Positions 39,833 through 49,924 of a stretch of DNA of 64,000 nucleotides are shown here, one piece after another; positions within the stretch are counted from its first letter, which is position 1; the number at the start of each line of letters is the position of its first letter. Origin of the DNA: an uncultured Actinomycetota bacterium (GTDB lineage: Bacteria; Actinomycetota; Actinomycetes; JAHEKZ01); the NCBI GenBank assembly GCA_963718235.1, contig CAVQYR010000002.1:160001-224000 (forward strand), written 5' to 3'. The notes under the pieces are model-generated. The model was not told where the DNA came from. It was given only the letters and a program-made list of their open reading frames with translations, and made no database searches. Position numbers and translations under genes: made by a program.

Positions 39833-40573
39833 CTAGCCCCTGGTGATCTTCACGTAGTCGATCTCGCCGGAGTAGTAGTCGCATGTGACCGTGATCTGGT
39901 CGCAGAACAGCTTGCCACCGACTGTCATGGGAAGTCTGTTGTCGATGCTTCCCGTGTTACCTCGTTGGCGATTGTTGAACACGCCATCGACATAGGCCGT
40001 CACCTCAGTCGAGGTCCGCACGCAGGTGAGCGTATGCCAGGTGTTGTCATTGATCGGGGCAGTGACGCGCGTCGCCACTCGCCGCAACGAGCCCTTGAAC
40101 AGGCACGAGGGCATACCTCCGGGGTTCTGGATCTTCCACTGTCCGCCGACAGTCGTGGACTGACCCTTCTGAATGATGTTCCCGAACTTCTCCTTGGTTC
40201 GGTACCGAATCTCCACCGTGAACGTGTCGGATCCAGGGTCGAGGTGGGGGTGGTCGGCGACCTGGATGACACGTTCTGGCGAGGCTGGTGGCGCGGTCGG
40301 GTTGCGCCGTGGCCACTGGTAGCCGATCGCTCCACCGAACGTGAAGCCGGTGTTGAGCCCGTCCTGGTCGATGCGCCCGTTCAGCCCGTGACCGCTGCTG
40401 TCGGTCATGGTCGTCGCACCACTCGGTTCGTTCATCTGGTACGAGGCCTCGACCGTCGTCGCCCGCACGCCCGCTGCTGTGCGATGCGGTGTCGCGGCAC
40501 CTGCTGCCCCCATCGGCACTGCTGCCAGGCACACCACTACGCCGAGTCCCGCAGCCACCGCCGGTGCCCTCAT
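39833..40573 (-). CDS. Secreted LamG-like jelly-roll domain protein
   Basis: Y.MNE..G...DSSG, NDNTWHTLTC.R, YVDG, GEIDYV. Confidence 0.85.
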   Translation of the reverse strand: MRAPAVAAGLGVVVCLAAVPMGAAGAATPHRTAAGVRATTVEASYQMNEPSGATTMTDSSGHGLNGRIDQDGLNTGFTFGGAIGYQWPRRNPTAPPASPERVIQVADHPHLDPGSDTFTVEIRYRTKEKFGNIIQKGQSTTVGGQWKIQNPGGMPSCLFKGSLRRVATRVTAPINDNTWHTLTCVRTSTEVTAYVDGVFNNRQRGNTGSIDNRLPMTVGGKLFCDQITVTCDYYSGEIDYVKITRG

Positions 40574-40765
40574 GGTCGTCCTTCCCGAAAGTGGACGTCG
40601 TACACCTGAGGGCCACATGGCCGCAGGTGGTGACGCTGGTGTCAACGTAGGCGAGAACCGGGACTCTCGTGAGCTCATCGGCCAGTGCGGGAGGCTGCAC
40701 CCACCGTAATCACGCAGCGTGAGCACTTGACCACTTTGCGCAGCGGTTGGCCTGCCTGCCGAGGC

Positions 40766-43700
40766 TCAGTTGCGCACCAGTCGGAGGACCTGGACCGGCC
40801 CGGTGCCCTCGAGCCCGTTCAGCACGACGAACTCGGCCGTCCCGTCCTCGTTGGCGTCCATCGCCGTCACGGCATCGCCGACACCCGCGGTGGCGGGTGC
40901 ACTCATCGGCGTGAAACTCAGCTGGCGGTTGAGGAACAGGAGGTCATCGGGGTTGGTCATGAGTGAGGCGTTGGCCAGTACGGCGTAGACGTCCAGGTCT
41001 CCATCTCCATCCGCGTCTCCCACGTCGACGGCCCGACCACCGCCGGACGCCAGAGAGCCGATCGTGACGGCCGGGCCAAACACCCCACCGTCGTTCAACC
41101 GGTAGGACACTCGGCTCCAGACGATCGTCACCAGGTCCAGGTCCCCGTCACCGTCGAGGTCACCCATCGACGCATCCGTGGCTACCGCACCAAACCCCTG
41201 GGTGGCCGCGACGTTCTGGAAGCCTGTCCCACCTTCGTTCTCGTAGAGGTAGGTGGCTGGGTCTCCGCAGGCCAGTAGGTCGTCCCAGCCGTCGCCGTTG
41301 TAGTCCACGACCTCTGCGCAACGCACGCCGCTGTAGCCGCCAATCCCCATCGTCGTGGTGGGCACCAGGGCCTTGCCCGCCTGGTTGATGAAGAGCTTGC
41401 TCTCCTCAGTGGGCAGCTGGTTGGCCGGGTCGTTGCACGGGTCGGCCGGGTCGTCACGGGGTGGGGCGTTCCCGACGTAGAGGTCGGGGTAGGGATCACC
41501 GTTGGCGTCGAGGAACGCCACGTAGTGGCTGCGCCCGCACAGCTCCCCGACTCCCCACTGCTTGCCGACCTCGGTGAAGGTGCCTGGGGTGAGCTGAAGC
41601 CACAGCTCGTTCTCCCGGTTGTACTTGACCGGGTTGTTGGAGCCACGGCCGGAGGAGCAGTACGCATCCATACGTCCGTCACCGTTCACGTCGGCCCAGG
41701 CACAGTCGTGTCGGTCGGGAATGCTGCCGGACGCGTTCACCTTCGGCCACGCAGACGCCGCGACCCGCGAGAACGTCCCATCACCGTCGTTGCTCCACAG
41801 CTTGCCGCCCTGGTCGTGGAAGCCGATCCAGAGGTCCATGTCCCCGTCGCGGTCGTAGTCGACCGGCTCGGCCTCCCAGGACTCGTTGACCTCGAAGATG
41901 CCTGTCCGGGAGGCGTCGTCGATGAACCGCCAGGTCGGCGGGCGTGCTGGGCCCGGGGGCTAGCGCGATCGTCCACATCGTCGCCATGTTGCTGGACGCC
42001 GAGGAGGTGCCGATGAGCCCGCCGGAGGTGCCGGCCGGCACCGGGGACCCGCTGTCTGCGGACATGGACGTGATCCGACCTCCGCCGGAGCCGACGGACT
42101 GGACCCGGCGCACGACGCCTGCCGGAGCCGTCCACCCACTCGCCGTCTGGGTCTTGTCAGCCCAGTACGAGACCACCCAGGCGTCCTGACGTCGGTACCG
42201 ACACCGTGGGTGTCCGGTGTGCTGCCGTGGAGCCGGTTTCGGCGGCCGGCGGAGTGCACGAGCACCGGGGGTGATCTGGTGCCCGCATAGGCGAGGATCT
42301 GGGCATCCATCTTCGTGATCAGGCTCGCAGTGACGGGGACAGCAGCTCCCGCGTCGCTCGAGCTCGCGACGCGCCACCAGACGTCGGACTGCATCGTCGC
42401 GTCCGTCACGTGGTTCAACTTGGTCCAGCCCGTGGGCACGGTCGGCGTGACATCGGTCCGGTTCGCCGACACGAAGAGGAGAAGTGCGTCGCCAGCACGG
42501 ACCGCAGAAGGGACCGTGACCACCAGTCTCTTCGTGTTGTTCGTTGCGGATGCCCCAGCCGCGGTACGAGAGCGTCGCCGTGGAGTCCGACACCGACACT
42601 GAGCGCGAGGCCGAAGCTGCTGGCACCGTCATCGTCGGTCACCGTCACTGTGACCGGGTAGGTACCAGAGGTGACGTAGGTATGCGTTGCTGTGGCACCC
42701 GACGCAGTCCCGCCGTCACCGAACTCCCAGCGGTAGCCGACGATGGTTCCATCGCTGTCACTGGAGGCCGCAGCTGAGAAGGTGCACGCGAGCGCCGTGC
42801 ACGTGGGCACCGCCATCTGAGCCGTGGGAGGCGCATTCACCTGCGTGTCGAGCACCACACACTCCTGCCCGACACAGCCACGCAGGTCTGCCAGGCGAGC
42901 GCTCCAGGAGGCGACGTTCGGGTCGTTGGCCGTCGTCCCGTCGCGCAGCAGGTTGACCAGCTGGAGTGGGTCACTGGAGAGGTCGTAGTACTCCCGCTCG
43001 GTGAGTGCCCCGGTGGTCGCGTCGTACCACTCGGTGAACTGCTCGTTGTCCGTCCGAATCGACGCCCAAGGCGGGAGAGGGGAGTCAAGGCTGCGTCCAT
43101 ACTCCAGCAGCACATCCGACCGGGTGCTGTCGGACAGCAGCGAGATGCCGTCCAGCGGGTACTTCAGCTGGGGTGAGATGCCCGATGCCTGAAGGAGCGT
43201 GGGGAGTAGGTCGACATTGCTCACCAGTCGTGGGTCGACGCTCCCCAGGAGTGACGTGACCCGGCCACCGCATGAGGAGTGGGACCGACTCGCCGTCGGT
43301 GTAGGGGAAGCGCTTTGCGTCGAGGCGATGCTCTCCCCACTGGTAGCCGTTGTCCGAGGTGAAGATCGCGAGCGTTCGCCCGTCTTCGCCGAGTCGTTCC
43401 ATCTCGTCGGTGATCCGGCCGACCAGGTCGTCGACGGACATCAGAGTCCGCAGCTGTTGCTTCCGAGTCTGCTCGACGGCCGCCGGGTCCAACAGTCCGC
43501 GCCAACGTACGTTGGCCGGCTTGTCGGCGATGTCGGCCTCGTTGAAGCTGGCCGGGTAGTTCCACGTGGGTACGGCTGCGTTGGCATACGGCGCCGAGGG
43601 CGTGGTCGGAGAGTGCGGAGCCTGTGGAGCGACGTAGATGAGCCAGGGTTGGTCATCCTGTTGCTCGAAGTCGTTCAGGTACTCCACGACATGGTCACCG

Positions 43701-44245
43701 AGGACGTCGGTGTAGTAGCCCGGAAGAGCATGGACCGTTCCGTCATCGTTGTAGGAGATGTCAGAGTAGCCGCCGGTCGTGAACAGCCAGTGATCCCAGA
43801 ACTGAGGGCTGCGGGACAAGGGAACCGTGTTCATGTACTTGCCCGCCATGGCGGTGTTGTACCCGCCTGCATGCAGGTAGGACTGGAAGGTCGCCGACTG
43901 GTCGAGCGCCGCGATCTCGGCGTCGAGCCCATTTCCTGTCACGCCGTGGTTGTGCGGGTAGCGTCCGGTGAACAGGCTCGCGCGCGACGGTGAGCACAAC
44001 GGGGTCGACGCGAAGCTTTGGGTGAAAGTCCGGCCGTTGTCCTGGAAGTAGCTCCGGACGTGAGGCATCACCGGCAGTGTTCCTGCTCCCCTGAGGTCGT
44101 CGAGGTTGATGAGCAGGATGTTCGGCTGATCGATGCTCTCGACCGCGGCCGCGTCCGAAAAGGCCGCGCCCGCACTCCCCAGCGCGACCAGCACTCCCGC
44201 CGATGCCGCAGTCAAGGCGGACAGCCACGGGCTGTTGTGTCTCAT
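40766..44245 (-). pseudogene. Large secreted sulfatase + PKD + unknown domain + FG-GAP/VCBS repeats, split by frameshifts
   Basis: PNILLINLDD, CSPSRASLFTGRYPH (formylglycine motif), TSDNG; DSDG.I..Y.W.FGDG (PKD); DVNGDG, DYNGDGWDDL, DLDGDGDLD repeats. Confidence 0.8.
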
Positions 44246-44397
44246 GACGCACCTCTGATGCACTCGCCCAACGGGGGCAAGAACGCGTCACCGCCCCCCT
44301 TGTCCGGAGATCCGCCTCACCCCACCGGATGAATCCAGTCAATGCGGTGCGCACGTCGACCGCTAGGGTCTATGGACTCTCGGCTCATGGCGCCCGG

Positions 44398-44530
44398 CGC
44401 GATCAGTACCACGTGCGGCTCGCGCATGGGTTCCTTGCCGTCTCCTGCTTCAACCCCACCGCCAACTCCCAGGACGGCGGCTGGACCTGAGCGGGCAACG
44501 GCTCACGGCGTTCAGCCAGAAGCTCACGGA
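44398..44530 (+). pseudogene. Relic C-terminal fragment of a third GH26-like paralog
   Basis: RDQYHVRLAHGFLAVSCFNPTANSQDGGWT/LSGQRLTAFSQKL aligns by eye with RDQYNYGLAHDFLAISYFHSSKGSWDGSWALSGERLTAFGQNL of copy 2. Confidence 0.7.
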
Positions 44531-44698
44531 CTCGATGCGCATGGTCGTCGATCGAGCTCGGTCGCCTGGACCTGACGTCGACTCGCCCGAGTCAGGACCT
44601 CGGCCTCTGGCGGCCCGACCATTCTCGCGATCGACTGAAAGCAACTCAGTTCCTCGACCGTCGGACGTCGACGGCCAACAATGAGGGAGAGTGAATCC

Positions 44699-45319
44699 AT
44701 GACGATCAGAGCATTCCTGCACAGCCGTACTGGTGCCGTTCTGGCAGGCGCCACGGTGTTGGCGACTCTCGGAAGCGTCGGTTCCGCCGTTGCCGCAGGC
44801 ACGATCGGCTCGAGCGACATCCGTAACGGCGCAGTGCACTCGGTGGACATCGCCAACGGGGATGTCCAGCAGATCGACCTCGACAAGGGTTCGGTCGGCT
44901 ACGCACAGTTGACCGCGACCGTGAAACAAGCGCTCAAGAGCGGGGGACTGAAGGACCTGGAGTCCGATGGACCGTACCCCGGTGCAACCAAGTTGCAGCA
45001 GGGGGACAACTCCACGGCAACGTGGGTAGGCGACGGTGGTGCCACTCTGCAGGTTTCCTGGGTCCAGTGCGCACCTGGTAAGACCGCGATCGGCGGCGGG
45101 TTCAGCCGCGCCGACGAAGGTACTGCGGCGTTCCGCAACCTCCAGATCGTGACGTCGCGGCCTGCGCAGTACCAAGGCGGAGACGAGATCTACCAAGCCA
45201 TCAAGGGCGACCCGGACGGCTCCTTCGTTCCCAACGCCTGGGTGGTCGAGGGCTTCAACAACAGCGACAACGGGGAAGTCATCGTGCGCCCGTGGGTCGT
45301 CTGCGCAGCCATCAAGTAG
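44699..45319 (+). CDS. Secreted hypothetical protein
   Basis: Signal peptide; repeated xxSxDIxNG; C-terminal CAPGKTAIGGGF...WVVCA. Confidence 0.75.
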   Translation: MTIRAFLHSRTGAVLAGATVLATLGSVGSAVAAGTIGSSDIRNGAVHSVDIANGDVQQIDLDKGSVGYAQLTATVKQALKSGGLKDLESDGPYPGATKLQQGDNSTATWVGDGGATLQVSWVQCAPGKTAIGGGFSRADEGTAAFRNLQIVTSRPAQYQGGDEIYQAIKGDPDGSFVPNAWVVEGFNNSDNGEVIVRPWVVCAAIK

Positions 45320-45346
45320 CAGTCACGCCTCGTCCGAGCGGACGAA

Positions 45347-45383
45347 CAAGTGAGTGGGGGTCCGGTAGACCCCCACTCACTTG
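45347..45383 (+). terminator. Stem-loop terminator
   Basis: CAAGTGAGTGGGGGTC / GACCCCCACTCACTTG 16-bp stem. Confidence 0.8.
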
Positions 45384-45585
45384 GGGAAATCGGGCTCTCC
45401 AGATGAACTGACCTGACGGGGCGGCCAGTACTAACGCCCCCGGGTGAAGCAGAGCGGTGGACCCGATGCCGACGGGTTGCCAGCTCCGGCTCGTCTCGCT
45501 CTTGCTCGGCACACGAGAAGTACACAGGACAGACAAGACCAACGAGAACTCGACATGGCTCGCCGGGACACAGGGTGGAGTGGGC

Positions 45586-45654
45586 CAGGTGGGCTGGTCG
45601 TCGCGGCTGGGGTCGAGGGTGATCTTGCGTAGGGGTTCGCCGGTGGCGGCGTAC
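45586..45654 (-). mobile_element. IS481-family transposase C-terminal remnant
   Basis: YAATGEPLRKITLDPSRDDQPT resembles the ATGELLRELTLDPTRDYQPT tail I recall for actinobacterial IS481 transposases. Confidence 0.55.
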
Positions 45655-45974
45655 CCCTCCGAAAGCCTCACTCATCGCGTACTGATGAGTGAGGCTTTCG
45701 GGTTGGAGGCACCCATGGACACGCTGGCCGACGGCCGCAGGGTGGCCTATCTCTCCCCGACGGCAGAGCTGATCGTCCACAACCTGGTGAGCGGCGAGAG
45801 CTACTCGCCCCTGTCGGAGTTCGGCACCCGCGGGGGGTTCACCTGGACCGATGCCACCCACCTGGTCGGCCTCGTTTCGGGAGGCACCGACGCAGACGGA
45901 TGGGCGTGGGAGCCGGACACGGCGCCGAAGCTGGTCGACTACTGGACGTACGCAGACGGATTCGACCTGTGGGT

Positions 45975-46082
45975 ACGGCTGAGGCTCTCGGCATCTCCGT
46001 GGGAACTGTCAAGTCGCACGTCCGCGACGCGCTGGTGCGCCTGCGCGGCCAGCAGCCAAGCGAGGAGCGTGAGCGGCTGTGA
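45975..46082 (+). pseudogene. SigE-type ECF sigma factor region-4 remnant
   Basis: TAEALGISVGTVKSHVRDALVRLR; no region 2 upstream. Confidence 0.7.
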
Positions 46083-46156
46083 GGTGAACCTCCAGCATCA
46101 GGCCCCAGACTTGGGTTATCGCACTGCTGGCGTTCGAGGTCCTCGCGGGTCAGACG

Positions 46157-46232
46157 TGGTGCCCTCGGCGTGATTCGAACACGCGACACACGGTTTAGGA
46201 AACCGATGCTCTATCCCCTGAGCTACGAGGGC
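46157..46232 (-). tRNA. tRNA-Arg(CCT)
   Basis: GCCCTCGTAGCTCAGGGGATAGAGC..TTCCTAA..GTTCGAATC..CGAGGGCACCA. Confidence 0.95.
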
Positions 46233-46339
46233 GGGACGGGCGGTGCTCCCCGAGGGGGACCAGAGTGACCCTGCCGCGACCCTGGCGGGCGTCGGCGCGA
46301 AGAGTCTATCCGGGCCTGAGCCCCGGTGAGTCTCCGCGA

Positions 46340-47936
46340 TCAGCGACTTCGGCTCGAGGTCCTTCAGGATCTGCTGGCTGGCCAGCCGCGCGGGGGCTCC
46401 CATGACGCAGCCGCCGGGATGTGTCCCGGAACCGCACTGGTAGTAGCCCTCGATCGGGGTCCGGTACTGGCTCCAGCCGGGAGCGGGCCGGAAGAAGTAC
46501 ATCTGCGGCAGCAGGAAGTCGCCCGCGTAGATGTTGCCCTCGGACAGCCCCACCACCCGCTCGATGTCGAGTGGGGTGACGACCTCGCGGTGCAGCACCA
46601 GCTCTCCGAAGCCCGGGAAGAAGGACTCGATGGTGGCCTGGACGGTGTCGCCGAGGTTGTTGCGCTCGGTGTCCCAGTCGCTGCCCTTGAGGTGGTACGG
46701 CGCGTACTGCACGAAGCACGACATCACGTGCTTTCCGGGCGGCGCCATGTCGGGGTCGAGGAAGGACTGGAAGCACGTGTCGAGGTAGGGCCGTTCGCTG
46801 TACCAGCCGAACTTCGACGCGTCGTACGCGCGCTCGAGGTACTCGATCGACGGGGCGATGCTCACGAACCCGCGGTACTGGTCGGTGCGGTCTCCGAGTG
46901 CCGGGTAGCGCGGGACGCCGTCGAGTGCGAAGTTCACCTTGGCGCTGGTGCCGTTGAACTGGAAGCGGTCGATGCTCTCGACCAGGTCGCCGGGCAGCTC
47001 CCTGGGGTCGACCAGCTTGGTGAACGTCTGGCGTGGGTCCAGGGCACTGACCACCACGTCTGCGAAGAACTCGGTTCCGTCCTGGAGGACGACCCCAGTC
47101 GCGCGACCGTCCACCGTGACCACGTGGTCGACGTGGGACTCCAGACGGATCTCGGCGCCGAACGCCTCAGCCGCTCGGCCGAGGAGCTGGGTGAAGCCGC
47201 CGTTGCCCCCCTTGTGGAAGGACCACGAGCCCAGGTGTCCGTCGTGCTCGCCCATCATCATCATCAGCGAGACGAACCCGGAGCCGGCCGACATGGGGCC
47301 AACCTTGGTGCCGGTGGTCGACGAGGCAGCCAGGTAGCCCTTGAGGATCTCGCTCTCGAAGTAGTCGTCGAGGAAGTCGGCGATGCTTCCGGTGATCAGC
47401 CGCACGGCGTCATGGACGACCCTCGGCTCTGCCGACCCCAGGTGTCCGAGCAGCCATGCGACGTCGGCGGCGTCCTCGGCGGACTTGCCGAAGATGTTCG
47501 GCGGGATGCGGTCGAACAGGGGGTACATCAGCTGCAGAACGCGAGCCACGTCGTGCTCGTAGCGGTCCATCGCGTCGGCGTCGCGTGGTGAGTGACGGGT
47601 GATCTCGCGGATGTTCTCGTCCCGGTCCGGGCCGAGCAGCAGGTAGTCGCCGTTCTCCATCGGTGCGAACGACGTCGGCATGTAGATGGGGTTGAAGCCG
47701 AACTTGACCAGCTCGAGCTCACGAATGACCTCGGGCCGGATCAGGCTCAGCGCGTACGAGAACGTCGTGAAGCTGAAGCCCGGGTAGAGCTCCTCGGTGA
47801 TGGCAGCACCGCCCACGAGGTGGCGCTGCTCGAGGATCAGGGTCTTCAGGCCGGACTTGGCCAGGTAGGCGCCGTTGACCAGGCCGTTGTGTCCGCCTCC
47901 GACGACGATGGCGTCGTAGCGGTGGGTGTCGGTCAT
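46340..47936 (-). CDS. Phytoene-desaturase-like NAD(P)/FAD oxidoreductase
   Basis: GGGHNGL, E....GGA, APPGKH, TPLDIE..G..GNI, YYQCGSGTHPGG; homology ends at QILKD. The ORF as given runs through the tRNA to 46116, so an indel near 46355 is probable. Confidence 0.85.
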
Positions 47937-49138
47937 GGCATCGATGTCTTTCGCTCGGGGTTGAAGAAGGGCATCCGGGTCACCGTGGCCGGTACCGAGG
48001 TGTAGGTGTGGTTCACGGTCTGCTCGACGTGCACGGTCGTACCGACCTCCGCGAGGTCGGGGCGGACCCGGGCGATGCCGACCTGTGTCTGCAGCATGGG
48101 TGAGTACGTGTAGCTCGTGGCGTACCCGGCACGCTCGTCCTGGTCGTCGTACAGCATCGTCTCCCAGGCGGCGGGGGGTTCGTCCCTGGGTGGGATGAGC
48201 CCCGCCTCGAAGTAGAGCCGGTCGAACGCGCGGGCGTCGACGCGAAGCCCCACGGTTTGCCAGCGGGAGGCTCCGGCCTCGCGCTCGGCGAGGATCGCCC
48301 GGCGGCCGCTGAACGGGCGAGTGACGTCGTCGATGCCCTTGAGCAGCCAGCCGAACCCGAGCTCGTCGGGGGTGAACCGGTCGTGCTCGGTGAAGGCGTA
48401 GCGGCTGGACGAGAACTCCACGCCGATCAGAGGAAGGCCGGCCTCGATCCGCAGGATGTTGAGCGCCTGGTCGCCGAACGGGCGCATGCGGTGTGGTTCT
48501 CCCGCGGCGATGACGGCATCCAGCACGGACAGTGCGTCGCCGGCGGGGATCCGAAGCTCGTAGCCGAGGTCACCGGTGAACCCGGTGCGGCTGACCGTCA
48601 CCTCGCTCCCCGCCACCTTGGCCTGCCCGTGGCCGAAGTAGCCGAGGTCGAGGACCTCGGGTGCCAGGTCGGCGAGCACGGCTCGGGAGCGGGGACCCTG
48701 AACCGCGAGCATCGCGTAGTCGGCCGAGACGTCGGCGACTGAAACCTCCAACGACCCGATCTGGTTCTGCAGGAAGGACAGGTTCGGCTCCGCGGCGGTC
48801 AGCAGGAAGTCCGTGGCCGAGTGGCGGAACACCACGCCGTCCTCGAGCACGTGTCCGGCGTCGTCGCACCAGATCGTGTACTGGGCCCGTCCCGGTCGAC
48901 AGGTCCGGATGTCGCGGGCGAACAGTCCACCGAGGAACCGCTCGGCGTCACGACCGGAGATCTCGTACTTGTACAGGGGAGACGCGTCGAAGAAGCCGAC
49001 GGCGTTGCGGACGCCGAAGTACTCGTGCTTGGCCGCGATGTCGTACTGCGTGGCGGCCAGGTAGCCGGCCCAGTGCTGCCACAGCTGGGTGGTGTTGAGC
49101 TCCGCGAGACGCGGGTGGAACGGCGTGGTCTTGACCAT
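47933..49138 (-). CDS. Aminomethyltransferase (GcvT/DmdA-like) family protein
   Basis: TPFHPR, FDASPLYK, AVQGPRS, SRTGFTGDLGYE, RIEAG, PFFNPER. Confidence 0.92.
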   Translation of the reverse strand: MVKTTPFHPRLAELNTTQLWQHWAGYLAATQYDIAAKHEYFGVRNAVGFFDASPLYKYEISGRDAERFLGGLFARDIRTCRPGRAQYTIWCDDAGHVLEDGVVFRHSATDFLLTAAEPNLSFLQNQIGSLEVSVADVSADYAMLAVQGPRSRAVLADLAPEVLDLGYFGHGQAKVAGSEVTVSRTGFTGDLGYELRIPAGDALSVLDAVIAAGEPHRMRPFGDQALNILRIEAGLPLIGVEFSSSRYAFTEHDRFTPDELGFGWLLKGIDDVTRPFSGRRAILAEREAGASRWQTVGLRVDARAFDRLYFEAGLIPPRDEPPAAWETMLYDDQDERAGYATSYTYSPMLQTQVGIARVRPDLAEVGTTVHVEQTVNHTYTSVPATVTRMPFFNPERKTSMP

Positions 49139-49192
49139 GGACGAGCTCCCCGGTGGTGGATCCGGCCGTCGGTGGGGTCACCCTAGGCGTTG

Positions 49193-49208
49193 TTGGACAA
49201 GTGTGCAA
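49193..49208. promoter_or_regulatory. Palindromic candidate TetR operator TTGGACA-ag-TGTGCAA
   Basis: 6/7 inverted repeat in the divergent promoter between the gcvT-like and tetR genes. Confidence 0.5.
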
Positions 49209-49228
49209 TGGGTCCCTACGGTGAGCCC

Positions 49229-49924
49229 GTGGCCCGGATGACGCCGGAGGAGAGACGCGAGGCGATCGTCGACGCCGCGCAGCGGGTGATGGTCCGGCGC
49301 GGAATCGCTGCCACCACCGTGCGCGACGTCGCCGCCGAGATGGGCACCTCCAGCGGGCTGATCCACCACTACGTGGTGTCGATGGACGACCTGCTGGCCG
49401 AGGCGTTCGACCGGGTCGCGTCGGGGGACCTCGACCGCACGGTGCGGGCGATCGGAGCGGACGGCGACCCGGTCGCCCGGCTGTCACTGTTCTTCGCGTC
49501 CTACCACCGAGCCGACGAGGACTGGGCGGTCCAGCTCTGGCTGGACGCCTGGGCGGAGGCTGCCCGAAGGCCCGCGCTCCAGCGGACGTCCCGTCGCCTC
49601 AACGAGGCGTGGCAGGCCCTGGTGGCCGACCTGGTGCGCGACGGCGTACGGGCCGGCATGATGACCTGTCGCGACCCGGACGCCGTCGCCTGGCGGATCA
49701 TCTCGCTGCTCGACGGTCTGGCCCTGCAGGTCGTGGCCCACGGAGACCTGGTCGCCCGTGACGACGCGCTGCGCTGGGCGGTGCAGTCGGCCGAGGCCGA
49801 GCTCGGGCTCGAGCCCGGCTCGCTGGCCGTGACCCACCCGCCTACGCTGGCCGTGACGCGTCGCGGCGCGACAGCCGGCCAGGACGACGCACCGAGCAAC
49901 CGTGAGAGGACCGACGATGACTGA
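49229..49924 (+). CDS. TetR-family regulator (BetI-type C-terminus)
   Basis: RREAIVDAA..GIAATTVRDVA..GLIHHY; WLDAWAEA, LDGLALQ. Confidence 0.9.
   Translation: MARMTPEERREAIVDAAQRVMVRRGIAATTVRDVAAEMGTSSGLIHHYVVSMDDLLAEAFDRVASGDLDRTVRAIGADGDPVARLSLFFASYHRADEDWAVQLWLDAWAEAARRPALQRTSRRLNEAWQALVADLVRDGVRAGMMTCRDPDAVAWRIISLLDGLALQVVAHGDLVARDDALRWAVQSAEAELGLEPGSLAVTHPPTLAVTRRGATAGQDDAPSNRERTDDD

Noticed and set aside
40802-40811. att-site copy of the tRNA-Arg 3' end (GGTGCCCTCG)
   Set aside because: Only 10 bp, GC-rich and inside a coding region; expected by chance
22397-43300. Programmed frameshifting or phase variation as the cause of the split genes
   Set aside because: Breaks are numerous and irregular, and I saw no shared slippery site or homopolymer tract
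46116-46340. C-terminal extension of the oxidoreductase reading through tRNA-Arg
   Set aside because: Homology ends at QILKD and a TGA lies one frame away near 46340; an indel is simpler than a real overlap
49821-49857. 13-bp direct repeat CGCTGGCCGTGAC at the tetR 3' end as an insertion footprint
   Set aside because: Only 11 bp lie between the copies and no element is present; likely a local duplication
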